DNA of 64,000 bases, taken from assembly GCA_039096225.1 (NCBI GenBank), contig JBBPEB010000013.1, positions 1,054,001-1,118,000 on the forward strand, given 5' to 3'. A model generated the notes under the pieces. The model saw nothing but the letters and a program-made list of their open reading frames with translations. It had not been told where the DNA came from and did not search any database. Below, piece by piece: positions 1-14,418 of this stretch. Position numbers and translations under genes: made by a program. Source of the stretch: Blastocystis sp. Blastoise. Its lineage: Eukaryota; Protista; Bigyra: Opalinata. Every line of letters starts with the position of its first letter. The first letter of the stretch is position 1.

Positions 1-2435
1 TACTTTAAGTTCAAGACAAGTTACAGGAGCACCACAATTACCAACAGTAAGTACATCTAAAGCAGAAGAACAACAAGTACCTACATTTTATAATTATTAT
101 ATATGTATATATAAGAAGAATAAATATGTATGTATATATAAGAAGAATATATATATATATATACCTCCACCAGTTTCAGTCATACCATATCCATTCATCA
201 TAGGAGCACTATATATATATATATATATATATTATTATATATATTATTATTATATATATTATTATATATATTATTATTATTATTATTATATATAGAATAC
301 CTGAATACACATTTAAAGAAAGTAGATATATCATCAGCAAGAGGTGCAGATCCATTAAGGAACCATCGAATCCTATCGAAACCGACTTTGGATGCAATCG
401 ACTTAAAGAGAATACGGTCATAAAGGGAATGAGTACACTGATTCCAACGTAAATTATGGATCTATATTATAACATATTATATAATTAAGTTAAATATAAT
501 AAATATAAAGTTAATATAATATAATATAATATAATATAAATAAAACTAATAAAATAAAATAAATTAAAATAATATAAAATATAAAATAAAATACAAAATA
601 AATATAAAATTAAATTAAAATAAAATAAAATACAATAAATATAAATATACAATAAATATACTTTAGTATTAAGTGCATGAAGGAAAAGCCATTGTTTCCA
701 AGAAGCTTGACTGGATACATTTTGATTTAATATATTATAGATACGATTGAATAGACGAGGAACAGAGATGAAGACAGTAGGGTGAAGACATCTTAAATCA
801 TCTACTATATTCTTTACATTACCCTATATAGTATAATAATAATAATAAAGATCAGAAATAATAATTTCTATAATATATAGATATATACACTGAAATATCC
901 AATACAAGCACCATTATAAAGTGCGTTAGCCTCAACGAATCGTTCGAACACGTGAGCTAACGGCAAATATCCCATAACAACATCATTAGGATGAAGACCA
1001 ATCTCATAATGAGTAGCAATAGCTATAGTTAAAGCAAGCATATTCCCGTGGGAAAGAATAACACCTTTAGGAGTGGAGGTAGTTCCAGAAGTAAAGCAAA
1101 TAGTACATATATCATCATATCCACATTCATTTGGAGCCACAGTAAATGTACTACCCTATATATATATTATATATTATATATATTATATACTATACTATAT
1201 ATTATATTATATTATATATATTATATACTATACTATATATTATATTATATTATATATACAAGTTTGATAAGATCATGTATAAAATAGATATTTAATCCTT
1301 GTTCTTTTGATTCTTTCTTTAATTCTTCATCAATATCATCAAACTATATATATATTTATTATTTATTATCCTATAATATATATATATATATACATAGATA
1401 ATATTCTTCAAAGCTTCACATCCACCTTGTTTCTTAATTCCAAGAATATTCTTAATTTCATTGCTACCACTAGCAAATACGGTTACTAAATTTGTTGTTT
1501 TGAAAATATAACTATATATAAGAATTGTTATTTTAGAAATATATAAGTAGAATAATAATTCTTTATTAATAATAGTATATTTAAATAATTATAAAAATAA
1601 TTCTTTATTAATAATAGTATATTCAAATAATTATAATTTTTTATTAATAATAGTATATTCAAATAATTATAATTCTTTATTAATAATAGTATATTCAAAT
1701 AATTATAATAATATAAGCTGAAGATTCAGGACCAAGTGAATCATATAAAGTGACAACTGCTGCGTCACAGTAATAGCACGCGTATTCCGCGAGTACCCAT
1801 TCATATCGAGTACGTGAATATATACCAACCATACGAGCCTATATAAACAATATAAATATATATATATATTTAAAAAATAAATAACATAACAATAAATATA
1901 AATAAAAAATAGTAAACAAAAATAAATAATAACAATAAAACAAACAAAAATAAATAACAATAAATATAACATAATATAAATAAAAAGAATACATGTTCAC
2001 CAGAAGAATGAGGAAGATTAGCATCATCATTTTCAGGAACAAGTTGTTCATGGATCATCGCAGAACCAAGATTTTTAATCATTTCAGAAACTTCATGAAA
2101 ACTATAGTATTATAATCAAGGATAAATATTAATGAATCAAAAATATTATATATAGTATTTATCATTATTTTAGATATTTATATATACTTGAACCACTGAT
2201 ATTCTTGAAGAACACCATCAACTACAGGTCTATAACCAAGACATTTATGTTTCTCATCAAGTTGAACTCCATGTAAGAATTGTTCATATAAATTGTGTAC
2301 AGTGTCACTCTTTCCATATTCTAACCCATCAACTGCATTTAATTTTCTATATATAGGGCCAGAAGAACTACCATCGACCTTTGTTCCTTCTATTTCCTTC
2401 ATATAAATGACAGGACATTCATCTTTTTTACCCAT
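1..2435 (-). CDS. Long-chain acyl-CoA synthetase (ACSL/LACS family), 3' end runs off the window; 9 introns visible
   Basis: The spliced product has the AMP-binding motif ICFTSGTTSTPKGV, plus YLPLAHVFER, SVPRLFNRIY, NGSAPL and GYGMTET. Eight introns are GT-AG; one needs TT-AG (1512-1716). Confidence 0.95.
1512..1716 (-). other. Non-canonical TT-AG intron in LACS, containing a ~37-40 bp tandem repeat
   Basis: The junction that best restores GPESSA-YIFKTT is tca gc|ttatatt...tatatag|t tat att ttc. The GC-AG alternative shifts the frame into a stop. Confidence 0.7.
1558..1708. repeat. Intronic minisatellite, about 4 copies of TTTATTAATAATAGTATATTCAAATAATTATAA
   Basis: Direct inspection: near-identical adjacent copies with no unique spacers. 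Confidence 0.85.
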
Positions 2436-3111
2436 CTTTGAATTACAATATAAAAATAAAATTATATATTCAAATAGTTTATAATTTAATTATATTTTTA
2501 TCTTTTATTTGATTGTTTTCTTTATAGAATAGATACAATCCATTCAAAAAAGAGTTGCTCATTATTTGTCTTTACCACGATTATCGCCTTTATTGCCTAT
2601 CTTTTCTATTGGGAAACTAGATGAAATTAACCAATAATAATCGTAAACACTCCTCTTTTGTAACCGTCAATTCTAGAAACAGACATTCCATTCTATTCGA
2701 ACTTCTTTTTCTATTCATTTAGGAATATCCTCTATAGAAAAAAAAATAACGAATTTCTTAATACAACCCGATAAAACTATTTTATTATTGGATAAATGTA
2801 ATTCATTAGAATTCTTTTTTTATTTCCAGTTTAAAATATCATTTTTAAAATAAAACAAAACAAATCTTATGAAAAACAGTTTATTTACAACTATAAATAC
2901 AATTCATATATTTTAAACAATAATACATTATATATATTGTTCATAATTCGAAGTAATAAACAGATAACTTAAATAATAAAAATAGAAACAGATCAATAAA
3001 GCAAAAAAGAGAAGAATAGAACAAGTAGATTTAATGAATAATACATAATCATTATCTACTAGATGAATTATATAATAATATTGTAATTTCAAAATAATAA
3101 CAAAATCAAAT

Positions 3112-4245
3112 TTAAACATTTACACCATCACCACCATCATTATCATTACCTAATTGGATTTCTCTAGCAATAGTTTTCTTATCTTCACGAACCATTTCTT
3201 TGACTAAATCAAAGAATTTTACAGAAGGAGTCCAACCAAGTTTAGTCTTAGCTTTTTCACAATTACCAAGAAGAAGATCAACTTCAGTAGGTCTGAAATA
3301 CTTAGGATCAACACGAATTAAAACTCTTTCAGGATTAGATTTATCAACACCAACTTCTTCAACAGATCCTTTTTCTCCCTTCCATTCAATTTCAATACCA
3401 ATTTCCTTGAAAGCTAATTCACAGAATTCTCTAACAGAATGTCCTTCACCAGTAGCAAGTACATAATCATCAGGTTCATCTTGTTGTAAGATTCTCCACA
3501 TACCTTCAACATAATCTCTAGCATGACCCCAATCACGAATAGCATCAAGATTACCTAAATATAAGCAATCATCAACACCTAATTGAATACGAACAACAGC
3601 ACGAGAAATCTTTCTGGTAATAAAAGTGTTACCACGACGAGGAGATTCATGATTGAATAAGATACCATTAGAAACATGCATATCATAAGCTTCACGATAA
3701 TTAACAACTATCCAGAAAGCATATTGTTTAGCAACACCATAAGGAGAACGAGGATAGAAAGGAGTTAATTCACTTTGAGGAATTTCACGAACTTTACCAA
3801 ATAATTCAGAAGTAGAAGCTTGATAGAATCTACAAGTCTTTTCAAGTCCACAAGTACGAATAGCATTTAATAAACGAAGTGTACCAATAGCATCAACTTC
3901 AGCAGTATATTCAGCAAGATCAAAAGATACCTTGACATGAGATTGAGCACCTAAGTTATAGACTTCATCAGGTCTAACTTTAGAGATAATATGGCAAAGA
4001 TTAGAACTATCAGTTAAATCACCATAATGAAGGAAAAGAGTGACATTCTTACAGTGAGGATCACGATAAAGGTGATTAATTCTTCCAGTATTAAAAGATG
4101 AAGATCTACGAATAATACCATGAACTTCATATCCTTTACTAAGTAAGAGTTCAGTTAAATAAGAACCATCTTGACCAGTTATACCAGTAATTAAAGCAAC
4201 CTTTTTAGTTCTTGGAGAAGTGTTCAAAGTAGGAGTTACAGGCAT
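3112..4245 (-). CDS. GMDS: GDP-mannose 4,6-dehydratase, intronless
   Basis: [65 protein letters not shown] and [10 protein letters not shown] motifs. Confidence 0.98.
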   Translation of the reverse strand: MPVTPTLNTSPRTKKVALITGITGQDGSYLTELLLSKGYEVHGIIRRSSSFNTGRINHLYRDPHCKNVTLFLHYGDLTDSSNLCHIISKVRPDEVYNLGAQSHVKVSFDLAEYTAEVDAIGTLRLLNAIRTCGLEKTCRFYQASTSELFGKVREIPQSELTPFYPRSPYGVAKQYAFWIVVNYREAYDMHVSNGILFNHESPRRGNTFITRKISRAVVRIQLGVDDCLYLGNLDAIRDWGHARDYVEGMWRILQQDEPDDYVLATGEGHSVREFCELAFKEIGIEIEWKGEKGSVEEVGVDKSNPERVLIRVDPKYFRPTEVDLLLGNCEKAKTKLGWTPSVKFFDLVKEMVREDKKTIAREIQLGNDNDGGDGVNV

Positions 4246-4595
4246 CGTTAATTAAATAAGCAAAAAAAGCTAATAATAAATAATAATATATAAATTATAA
4301 TAAATAAATTATGCGAGATAAGTTGGGATTAAAACGAGAAGACGCATCTTTTCTTATTATTTTCCGGGGACCCTTATTCATCTGGAAAAAAATAACATAT
4401 GGATATATATATAAATAAGGTCTTAAAATATACTAAAATTTTCTAATAAAGTTGAGATTAATTATTTATGGACCTATATCTGTCATTGTTTAAAATAACT
4501 ATAAAGAATATGATGAAAACTGAGGAGATCCTGGATCTACTGACTGCGTCACTTTTAGCAGAAGAAGAAAAAAAGGATGTAACATTTGTTTATAA

Positions 4596-5609
<1,014 letters not shown>

Positions 5610-6053
5610 AAATACAATCCTTATTATATTATTATATAAAAATATACTTATTCTTTGCTTATTTTTTTTCTATGTGAATCATAGATTTTCCTTCTATTAT
5701 TTTTCTGCTTTTATTATATTCAATCTGTGCGATATTTATTTTTATTTATGATCAAGTATCTTCTCTACTTCAATCATGAACTTTTTATTGAAATTTCTTT
5801 TTAATTTTTTTTTTTTTTTTAATTTCTTTTTATCATCTTATGTTTACATAAGGACAATTTATTTTTTAAAATTAATTGTGTATGATATATTTTTTCTTTA
5901 TTATTTATAAACTTTTTAAAAGAATATAACTTAATAATATTTATGTTTGGTTTTTATAATTAGAATGTTCATCAACTATATTAATATAATTAGAATTTTC
6001 ATTAACTATTTATCTGAATATAAAACAAAATTATAATTAACACATAAACAATA

Positions 6054-6428
6054 TTAAAAACCTTCTTTTAATCCTTGATCTTCAGGAATGTAATCATAAT
6101 TTCGTTCGAGTTCTTCTCCTGAAGATAGCTTACCTTGTCTTTTTAATAATTTTTCTAAGAGTTCAGAATTGGATGGCTTTAATTTGTTAAGGAGATATAA
6201 ATTCTTTTTATAATTCATTTTCTTTTCTTGTGACTTCGTCTTCATATCTTTCTTAACTTCACTTACAATAGCAGTTGCTTTCTTTGTAACCTTTTGTTGA
6301 ACATTCTTCTTCTCATTTTTGGATTTAGAATTATTCGATTTCTTTTGAGTTTTCTTTCCAGGATTTAAAATGGTATTATTTTCATCCATAAAGGACATTA
6401 GTTGTTCTTTTAAGATTTTAGAAGACAT
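6054..6428 (-). CDS. Small Lys-rich hypothetical protein (124 aa), possibly nucleolar (weak AROS/RPS19BP1-like impression only)
   Basis: Intact ATG-TAA ORF with coding-like composition; basic middle and acidic C-terminus. Confidence 0.65.
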   Translation of the reverse strand: MSSKILKEQLMSFMDENNTILNPGKKTQKKSNNSKSKNEKKNVQQKVTKKATAIVSEVKKDMKTKSQEKKMNYKKNLYLLNKLKPSNSELLEKLLKRQGKLSSGEELERNYDYIPEDQGLKEGF

Positions 6429-6904
6429 TATTAAGTATTTAATTAAACTCTAATAAACCTTCTATATCAAATAAAAGTAAAACAAAAAACCAACCGAATT
6501 TTTAGCAAAATATTTCGGGTTTTTGTTTTCTGAATTTATTTTGTATTATAATTTTTATTTATAAAGAGAAAACAAACTAAGATATTTAGAAAATATATAT
6601 TTAATCGTTTTTGTACACAAAATGAGTATAGAGTAATATAGGATACAAAATTATTTCTAATCAATAATAAAAAAGGAAAAAAGAAAGTGAGAAATGTACA
6701 TGAATAATAAATTTATATTATGAAATACAAAAAAATAAGACTGAAAACACATATATATTGAAACTTGTTATATTAAAAAATGAAAATTCAATATCGTACA
6801 TTATATATGGGATATAATGTGTTATATAGATATGAATTGATGCATTTTTTATTTATAAATAAAGGATAGAAGGTTTATATAGCCCTATAGAATAGAATTC
6901 ACTA

Positions 6905-8766
6905 TTAGTATCTGAAAAATAATAAGAAATCAATTATATTTTCTAAAAAAAAATTAAAAATATGAATATACTTCCATGTTTCTGGTTTCCAATTAAGAAC
7001 ATAACCTAAGATAACTTCTATAGAAGGACGTGTATATTTGGTACGATAGCATAATTCAATCACTTTTCGAACTTCTATATAAATATAATAGTTTAAAAGC
7101 AAAAAAAGAAATATAATTATTTTTATGATATATATAATATATTAAATAATAAGAGATATGAAAGAAGTGAGGTTTTCTTTTTAAGAGTGTGTAATTACAA
7201 ATATATACCTTGAGGAACGGATGAAGGAATCATAGGACGATTACCTTTAGCAATAAACTCATCAATCTAAAGAGGTAGAATAGTCAATATTAATAATTTA
7301 TTATTATGTTTATTATGATTATTATTATATATGTTTTATTATTATGATTATGATTATGCTTTATTATGTTTATTATTATGCTTTATTATGATTATTATGA
7401 TTATGATTATTATTATGATTATATATAAGAATGAAAATAAAATACTTTATTAGTTTGAACAATATCACGAGGTATCCATTCGAGAGGTGTTTTTCCCGTG
7501 AATATATAGAGGATTGCACTACCAATACTATAGATATCCGCGATTTCATTATAAGATCCATCTCCCATTAGAATCTCAGGAGCTGTACTGTAAATATATA
7601 AATATATAAATATATATACAGAGTTAAGAAAGAAGAAAATAAAATATTATAAATATGAATATGAATATATATATAATATATAAATATAAATATATATAAA
7701 TATATAAATATTCATAAATATATTATAAAAAAAAAACAAATAAAATGAATATGAATATGAATAAATACTATCCTCGAGTGCCTCCAAATATTTTATTGGG
7801 TTGATCGGAAGCACATGCCAAACCGAAATCACCTAATTTATAGACTTTATCAAAAACGAGAATATTTTCAATCTAAAGAAAAGAATATATACTAAAACTT
7901 TCAATTATATACATATATATTAAGAATCTTTATTCTATAAGAGAAATAAAAATAAGAATAAAAATATAGATCATGATAATTCGATATATAATATAATATA
8001 TTAATAACATATACAATATATTAATAACATATACAATATATATATATATATATATACTTTGATATCTCTATGAATGAAAGGAGGGTTGTTGGTATGCATA
8101 TAGCAAATAGCTTTACAGAGAGCAAGAGTAACTTCCTTCAGATGAAAAGGAGAGAAAGATATGGTTCCACTAATGAAATAAATATATAATAATAGATTAT
8201 ATGACAATTAATGTAAACATAATAATAATAAATGAATTCGTTTATTAATTAAAAAAAAATACAATGAATATATATATATATAATCAACTATATATTATTG
8301 TTCATATATATGTATATAGTTAAAACATACTTATACCAGCCGGAGATTTCTTTCTCTAGAGAGAAGTCTCCTCTTTTCATAACAATAATAATACTATCTT
8401 GCTCCATACAGACACCTAAGATAGGAACAATATTTCTGTGTTTAAAACGATTTTGAATGTTTATTTCATATCGAATAATATTACGTAGTTTATCATCTAT
8501 ATTAGCAGTTACTTTTAATGCAATTTCACAATCCTTCTCTGAAAAAGGAGAATTTAATAATAATCTATATATATATATATATAATAAAACAGGTTTATTT
8601 ATATATCAATAATAAAAATACAAGGATAATAATGATGTAAATTAAAAATTTATGTAAGTATAATATATATAATAATATATATATACCCTGTATATACTGA
8701 GGAAAAAGACCCTTTTCCGATTTCCTGTTGAATTTGAATATCGCTTCGAGGAATAATAGGAATATC

Positions 8767-8811
<45 letters not shown>

Positions 8812-9160
8812 TAAAATATATAATAATAATAATAAACATACCACATTCGTTGACATTAGAGTATTTTTCACGTATAAAACTATATATATATAATATAAAT
8901 CTAAATTAGAATAATAAATGAATAATAGTTTTCATACCAACATATAATAAGAATATATATATCTATATAAAAAAATCACTATACTCTTTTAAGGAGGGTA
9001 GAACAGGATTTCTTTTTTTATATCCATTATATAAAGCTTCTGCTAAAGAGACAAGTCGATTCTTTGTCACTGAATTCCAAGTAGAAAAGAAGGGAAGTGT
9101 CATTAGACCGCGAGGCTCTAAAAACTCAATATATTCACAAGACTCATTCAACTTAAAATC

Positions 9161-9198
<38 letters not shown>

Positions 9199-9655
9199 TC
9201 ATGCGAATACAATTAACATAAAATAATAAAAAATAAAACAATAATAATAATAAAAAGGTATTCTAATTCTTTAAATGAATAAAATACTTTCATATTCTAT
9301 AAAAATGCATTCAGGAGGAGCTTCAGGATATAATGCCGGATTTAAATTCAATATAAACTTGTATTGTTTTTTATATTTCAAATATAATAATCTAGATTTA
9401 AGTGCCAAAATTGGATATCCAGAATCATTAGTTTCTATATTGAAATAGTTTATAATTAGTCTCATAAGAATTCCACCTCAATTGTAAAAACATAATAAAA
9501 GAGAGAACAATACCTATTGAACATGACTCGATGTAAATGGCACCCGTATTGATCATATTTTCAATATCCTTTTTAATTTCTCTTTTATCAATAAACCATT
9601 GACACTTATCTATTAATTCCAAACTTTGAATGAAACCTTTCGATCGGTTATTCAT
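6905..9655 (-). CDS. TKL-type protein kinase with N-terminal UEV (TSG101/Vps23-like) domain; 11 introns
   Basis: Spliced kinase motifs: IGKGSFSSVY, IALK, HRNIV, HRDIKIENIL, DFG, GTRGYTAPE, ADIYSIG. The N-terminus has LYPEAPP and GLMTLPFFSTW...LVSLAEALYNGYKKRNPV, resembling UEV folds. Confidence 0.85.
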
Positions 9656-10883
9656 CTTTTCAATGTTTCTTTGTATTTAACTAGTTAATCAAGAATTATA
9701 AGCTTAGAAAGCAACACACAACATACAAAACTTTATCGTTTTGCTTGTAGAAAACTTCATTTTCTTTTCTTTTTGCATTCTAGCAAATTGCTAGCAAATT
9801 ACTTTTATGAGCTTTTAAAAATTAATTCTGAAACATTCTTACTCATATCAAATTTTTTATGTATTATTATATAAGAATTAGTGTATAACTATCTATAATA
9901 TCATAATGCGTAAGTATATAAAATTCTGTATTATCTTAATACTAATGATGAATTACAGAATAAGCCATGTAGAGGCTAATTTAAACTTGCTATACATTAG
10001 AATTATCAAATCAGAAATTCAATACATATATAAATATAAATACTAATAGATGAAACATTTCTTGTTGTGATCATTGTTTGTTAGATATATAAGCATATTA
10101 TAAATATTATAATAATCATTACACTATTCATTACATAGTAAATAAATTTAATAATCTATTGATTAACAATAAAAAAATTTACAAAAAACACTTCGTTGTT
10201 CATTTACTGTTTTCAAATATTTGCCATTAATATGCACTTCTTGATTATTCAGATTAAAATAGTTATATAATGTCTTAAACTGGTAATACTATGAAAACAA
10301 TGAATACCACATATAAAAGCATAACAGAGTGGAAATAAATAGGGAACTGCATTCTACAAAAGTAAAAACGAATTTCTAAAGAGAACTGGAATCTCAAATA
10401 AGCCCCAAAACATAAATAAAATGGTACACATAATTATATGGATGGAAAAATCATTCTAGAACGAACATGGTTGTTCTTGACGCTTCTTTTCCTTTCCAAT
10501 GTCAATTCTTGAACAAAAACTCGGTATTAGAATGATTGGATATCAAGAGATACAAATATATTTATTGGCTTTCAAGACTGGAGAAACACAATTCTTTTTA
10601 TTATTATTTCTAATAGGCCAATCGTTGATGAGGTAAGATCTCGTTTTTAAAAACCAAAAGAAATCATTGATTTTAAATTTATTCGTCATATTATTGGATA
10701 ATCTTGACTTTTTCTACATTACGCCTTCAAAAAACCCAAAAGAGCTCACTTTAAGACATGAAAAATAATATGCTATTCCATCTCAGTTTCTTTTTAGAAA
10801 TCGACATATTTTTGTTATTTAAATTTCCATTCTGTATGTTCAAATAGTTTTTATTTTGGCTACTTATTGTATTTAGCGTCAGA

Positions 10884-12329
10884 ATGTTCCGTGGTTTAGC
10901 TACTGTTGCTCCTATGGTATGATGTTTTTTTCTTATATATTTCTTATTTCATTGTAGGGTGCTCGTTTCATGTCCACCAAGTTTGTCCCTAAGATTCTTA
11001 TCACTGGTGCTACTGGTCAAATTGGTAGTGAATTATCTGCTTTCTTCCGTGCTAAGTATGGTAAGGATTCTGTCATTTGTACCGATGTTAAGGTTGCTAC
11101 TCCTGAAATCAAGGCTCAAGGTCCTTATGAATACTTAGATGTCAACGATGTTGATGGTCTTGTATGTATTTTATGAATTATTAATGTTTTGAAATATATA
11201 TTATATTGTTTTATTAAGATTATAAATAGTTTTATTTATAAGCTATTTTTTTTTATGTAATATATATATATATAGAAGAGAATTGTTGCTAATAATGGTG
11301 TCACTTGGATTATTCATCTTGCCGCTCTTCTTTCTGCTGTTGGTGAAAAGAATCCTCAATTAGTATATATATTTATTCTATAATATTATTATGATTATTA
11401 TAAAGATATAAAGAATATCGATATTATAATTATTATTCTATACTATTATAAAGATTATCTATATTATATTATAATTATTTCTTTTCTTTAGGCTCTTAAG
11501 GTTAATGTTCATGGTAGTGAAAATATCATTGAAGTTGCTCGTCAATATAAATTACGTGTTTATATTCCTTCTACTATTGGTGCCTTCGGTCCTTCTACTC
11601 CTAAGATCATGACTCCTGATGAAACCATCATGAGACCTACTACTATGTACGGTGTCTCTAAGATCCATGTTGAACTTCTTGGTTCTTATTACAACCAAAC
11701 TCAAGGTATATATTATTACATCTATTGTATATTATACTATTTTATTTTTAGGTCTTGATTTCCGTTCTCTTCGTTATCCTGGTATTATTTCTAACAAGGT
11801 ATATATTATTATTATTATTATATTTATGTTTATTATATTTATTATTATTATTATTATTATATTTATTATTATTATATTTATTATTATTATTCTCAAGACT
11901 CTCCCTGGTGGTGGTACTACCGATTATGCTATTGATATCTTCTATGAAGCCATCAAGCACCATCATTACACTTGTTTCTTAGGTCCTAAGACTGCTCTTC
12001 CTATGATGTATATGCCTGATTGTTTAAGATGTACTACTGAACTTATTGAAGCTGATCGTAGCAAACTTAAGCAATGTGTTTATAATATTGCTGCTGTTAC
12101 TTTTACTCCTGAAGAAATTGCTAAGTCTATTAAGAAGTTTATGCCTGATTTTACTATTGATTATAAGCCTGATAGCAGACAAGCTATTGCTGATTCTTGG
12201 CCTGCTTCTCTTGATGATTCCAATGCCCGTAAGGATTGGGGTTGGAAGGAAGAATATGATCTCGATACTATGACCAAGGATATGCTTACTGAAATCGAAA
12301 AGAAGCTTAAGAGAGAAGGACAAATCTAA
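10884..12329 (+). CDS. TDH: L-threonine 3-dehydrogenase (SDR type) with mitochondrial-type presequence; 5 introns
   Basis: MFRGLATVAPM|GARFMST presequence; KILITGATGQIG, HLAALLSAVGE, PSTIGAFG, MYGVSK, LRYPGIIS, GGGTTDYA and RQAIADSWP motifs. Confidence 0.95.
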
Positions 12330-12425
12330 ATTGAATAAACTTTTAACTGTTTAACGATTTCCTTAATTTCTTTTTTTATATCTTGTGAATGATTTTATAA
12401 TTTTGCCTGTTGACAATAAAAAAAT

Positions 12426-12433
12426 TGTTTGTT
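12426..12433 (+). promoter_or_regulatory. TGTTTGTT, candidate 3'-end processing element downstream of TDH (similar copy on the minus strand at 62940-62947)
   Basis: The motif lies about 100 nt after the TDH stop, just after AATAAA. It matches the TGTTTGTT element described near Blastocystis poly(A) sites. It is short and the background is AT-rich. Confidence 0.35.
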
Positions 12434-12646
12434 AAAACACTTTCAATATTGTTTTTATCAATTTTAAAAAAATATTGTAAACTAAAATTATATATTAATC
12501 AAATATGATTTATAAATTAAAATCAAATATTTATTAAACTAGAAACAAAACAAAATTTTTATATTATTATTTGTACAGCAAATTAAGAAGAAAAAATCAA
12601 AGTAGTAAATGAAAAACATTTATAAAAAATGCAACTATTAATTAAT

Positions 12647-13267
12647 TTAATTCTTGGAAGATAATTTCTTGACAAGGAATTGAGAGATACCTTCTTTAGT
12701 AGCTTTCATTCCCTTATCACCCTTATGCCATCCAGCAGGGCAAACCTCACCATATTTATCAGTATATTGAAGACCTTCAAGAACACGAAGAGTTTCATCA
12801 ACATTACGACCAACACCGTTATCATTAATGTAAACATGACGAAGAACACCCTTATCATCAATTAAGAATAAACCACGGAAAGCTTGAGCATAATCAAGAC
12901 CAGATTTATCAGGATTATAAACACCATAAGCCTTCATAACTTCACGATCAACATCAGAAAGAAGAGGGAAGACAACTTGATTTTCTAAACCACCTTGAGT
13001 AGCAGGAGTAATTTCCCAAGTAAGATGAACATAAGGAGAATCACCAGAAATACCTACGATGTTACAGTTAAGAGCAGTGAATTCATCAATAGCCTTAGAA
13101 TAAGAAATAATTTCAGTAGGACAAACAAAAGTGAAATCCATAGGATAGAAGAGAATACAAGTCCAAGATCCTTTTTGTTCTTCAAGAGACCAAGAATTAA
13201 CGATATCACCTTGTTTAGCACCAGCAAGAGTGAAGGTAGGAGCAGGAGCACGAATAGTAGGAGCCAT
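12647..13267 (-). CDS. Typical 2-Cys peroxiredoxin (AhpC/Prx1 family), intronless
   Basis: FYPMDFTFVCPTE peroxidatic motif, RGLFLID, GRNVDE and GEVCPAGW resolving motif. Confidence 0.97.
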   Translation of the reverse strand: MAPTIRAPAPTFTLAGAKQGDIVNSWSLEEQKGSWTCILFYPMDFTFVCPTEIISYSKAIDEFTALNCNIVGISGDSPYVHLTWEITPATQGGLENQVVFPLLSDVDREVMKAYGVYNPDKSGLDYAQAFRGLFLIDDKGVLRHVYINDNGVGRNVDETLRVLEGLQYTDKYGEVCPAGWHKGDKGMKATKEGISQFLVKKLSSKN

Positions 13268-14418
13268 TATTAAAGATTTAATTATATAAACTAATATAAA
13301 ATAGTAATACTTTTTATTATAAAAATAAAAATAATTATGAAGAAACTTTGGATACTATTCTATGAATCTATCTAGAACAAAGAAGTAGGTAAACAACAGA
13401 AGCTTTGTCACCAAATGAATTTCAAGCAGTTGCTTTTTCTATTTGAGGAAAATGCTTTCATGGGAATAAGAGATTTGAACCAACAGTTTCTCTTCTTCTA
13501 TCTTCTGTTTTGCTAGCATTAGATTATTTATTCAATCAAATGAAAAGGTTTGATGTAGAAAACACATTAAGAGAGAAGAGAGAACAGATACACATGAGGA
13601 CAACACTTCACAATTGACTCATTATGACTTTTATTATCAGTAATTCATGTTGAAAACTAGATATTCATGATGAAAAATCTATGTACACATGATCACATTA
13701 AAAAATATAGTAAAAAAAAAAATGAGTTTTATGAAATTCTGGAATGGTTATAGTATTTTGTTGAATTGAATCGATTAATTATTTTAAAACATATAAATGA
13801 ATCATTTAAAACTAGTTTATTGATTCAAAACAGGAAGTTGACCATTGTTATTTGAATTTCATAATGAGTGTTTTTCTTATTTAACCTATATTTAATTAAT
13901 TAACAAGATGTTACTATACTTATTTAGGATCTTTATAAGTATTTTAAATTGTTTACAATTGTGTTTAGTGTTGTTTGTGTTATTGTTCACTGAATAGAAA
14001 GATTGTTTGTTCTTTAAAAGGTATGAAATTAGGTGATAAACTATTAGATTCTATAAAATAGGTAACATTTGGAATTTCTTAGAAAATAAATTATGAACAT
14101 TTTGTTAATCATAATATGCAGAAAATAATAATAAGAGTGAGATATTGATAGATAACGAATATATAACATATATTTTAAACTAACGATACATCTTTTGAGA
14201 ATATAAAGAAAGAACTGAAACGTTTTCAGACACGAGTAAGATGGGTAACTACTCGGTGTTGAACGACACTGAAATAAACTGAAATAATGAAATGGACAAA
14301 ACAGTATAATTGTGATTACTATAAAAAAATAAGTGAAATTACATGTTTATTCATAAAAGCATTCTTTGTTTTACAAACGATCTGTATTTAAATATATATT
14401 TGAGATATAGAGAATAAA

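Noticed and set aside
1558-1708. Repeat array of roughly CRISPR-like unit length
   Set aside because: The units are adjacent without unique spacers, lie inside a eukaryotic intron, and no cas genes are present.
9780-9800. Short CTAGCAAATT direct/inverted repeat upstream of the kinase
   Set aside because: A single short instance that cannot be distinguished from chance.
13270-14410. Possible ncRNA or mobile element in the longer intergenic spacers (also 9660-10880, 17400-18640, 29550-30830)
   Set aside because: I could not recognise a tRNA cloverleaf, snRNA motif, terminal repeats or a transposase by eye. An Infernal/Rfam scan would be needed.
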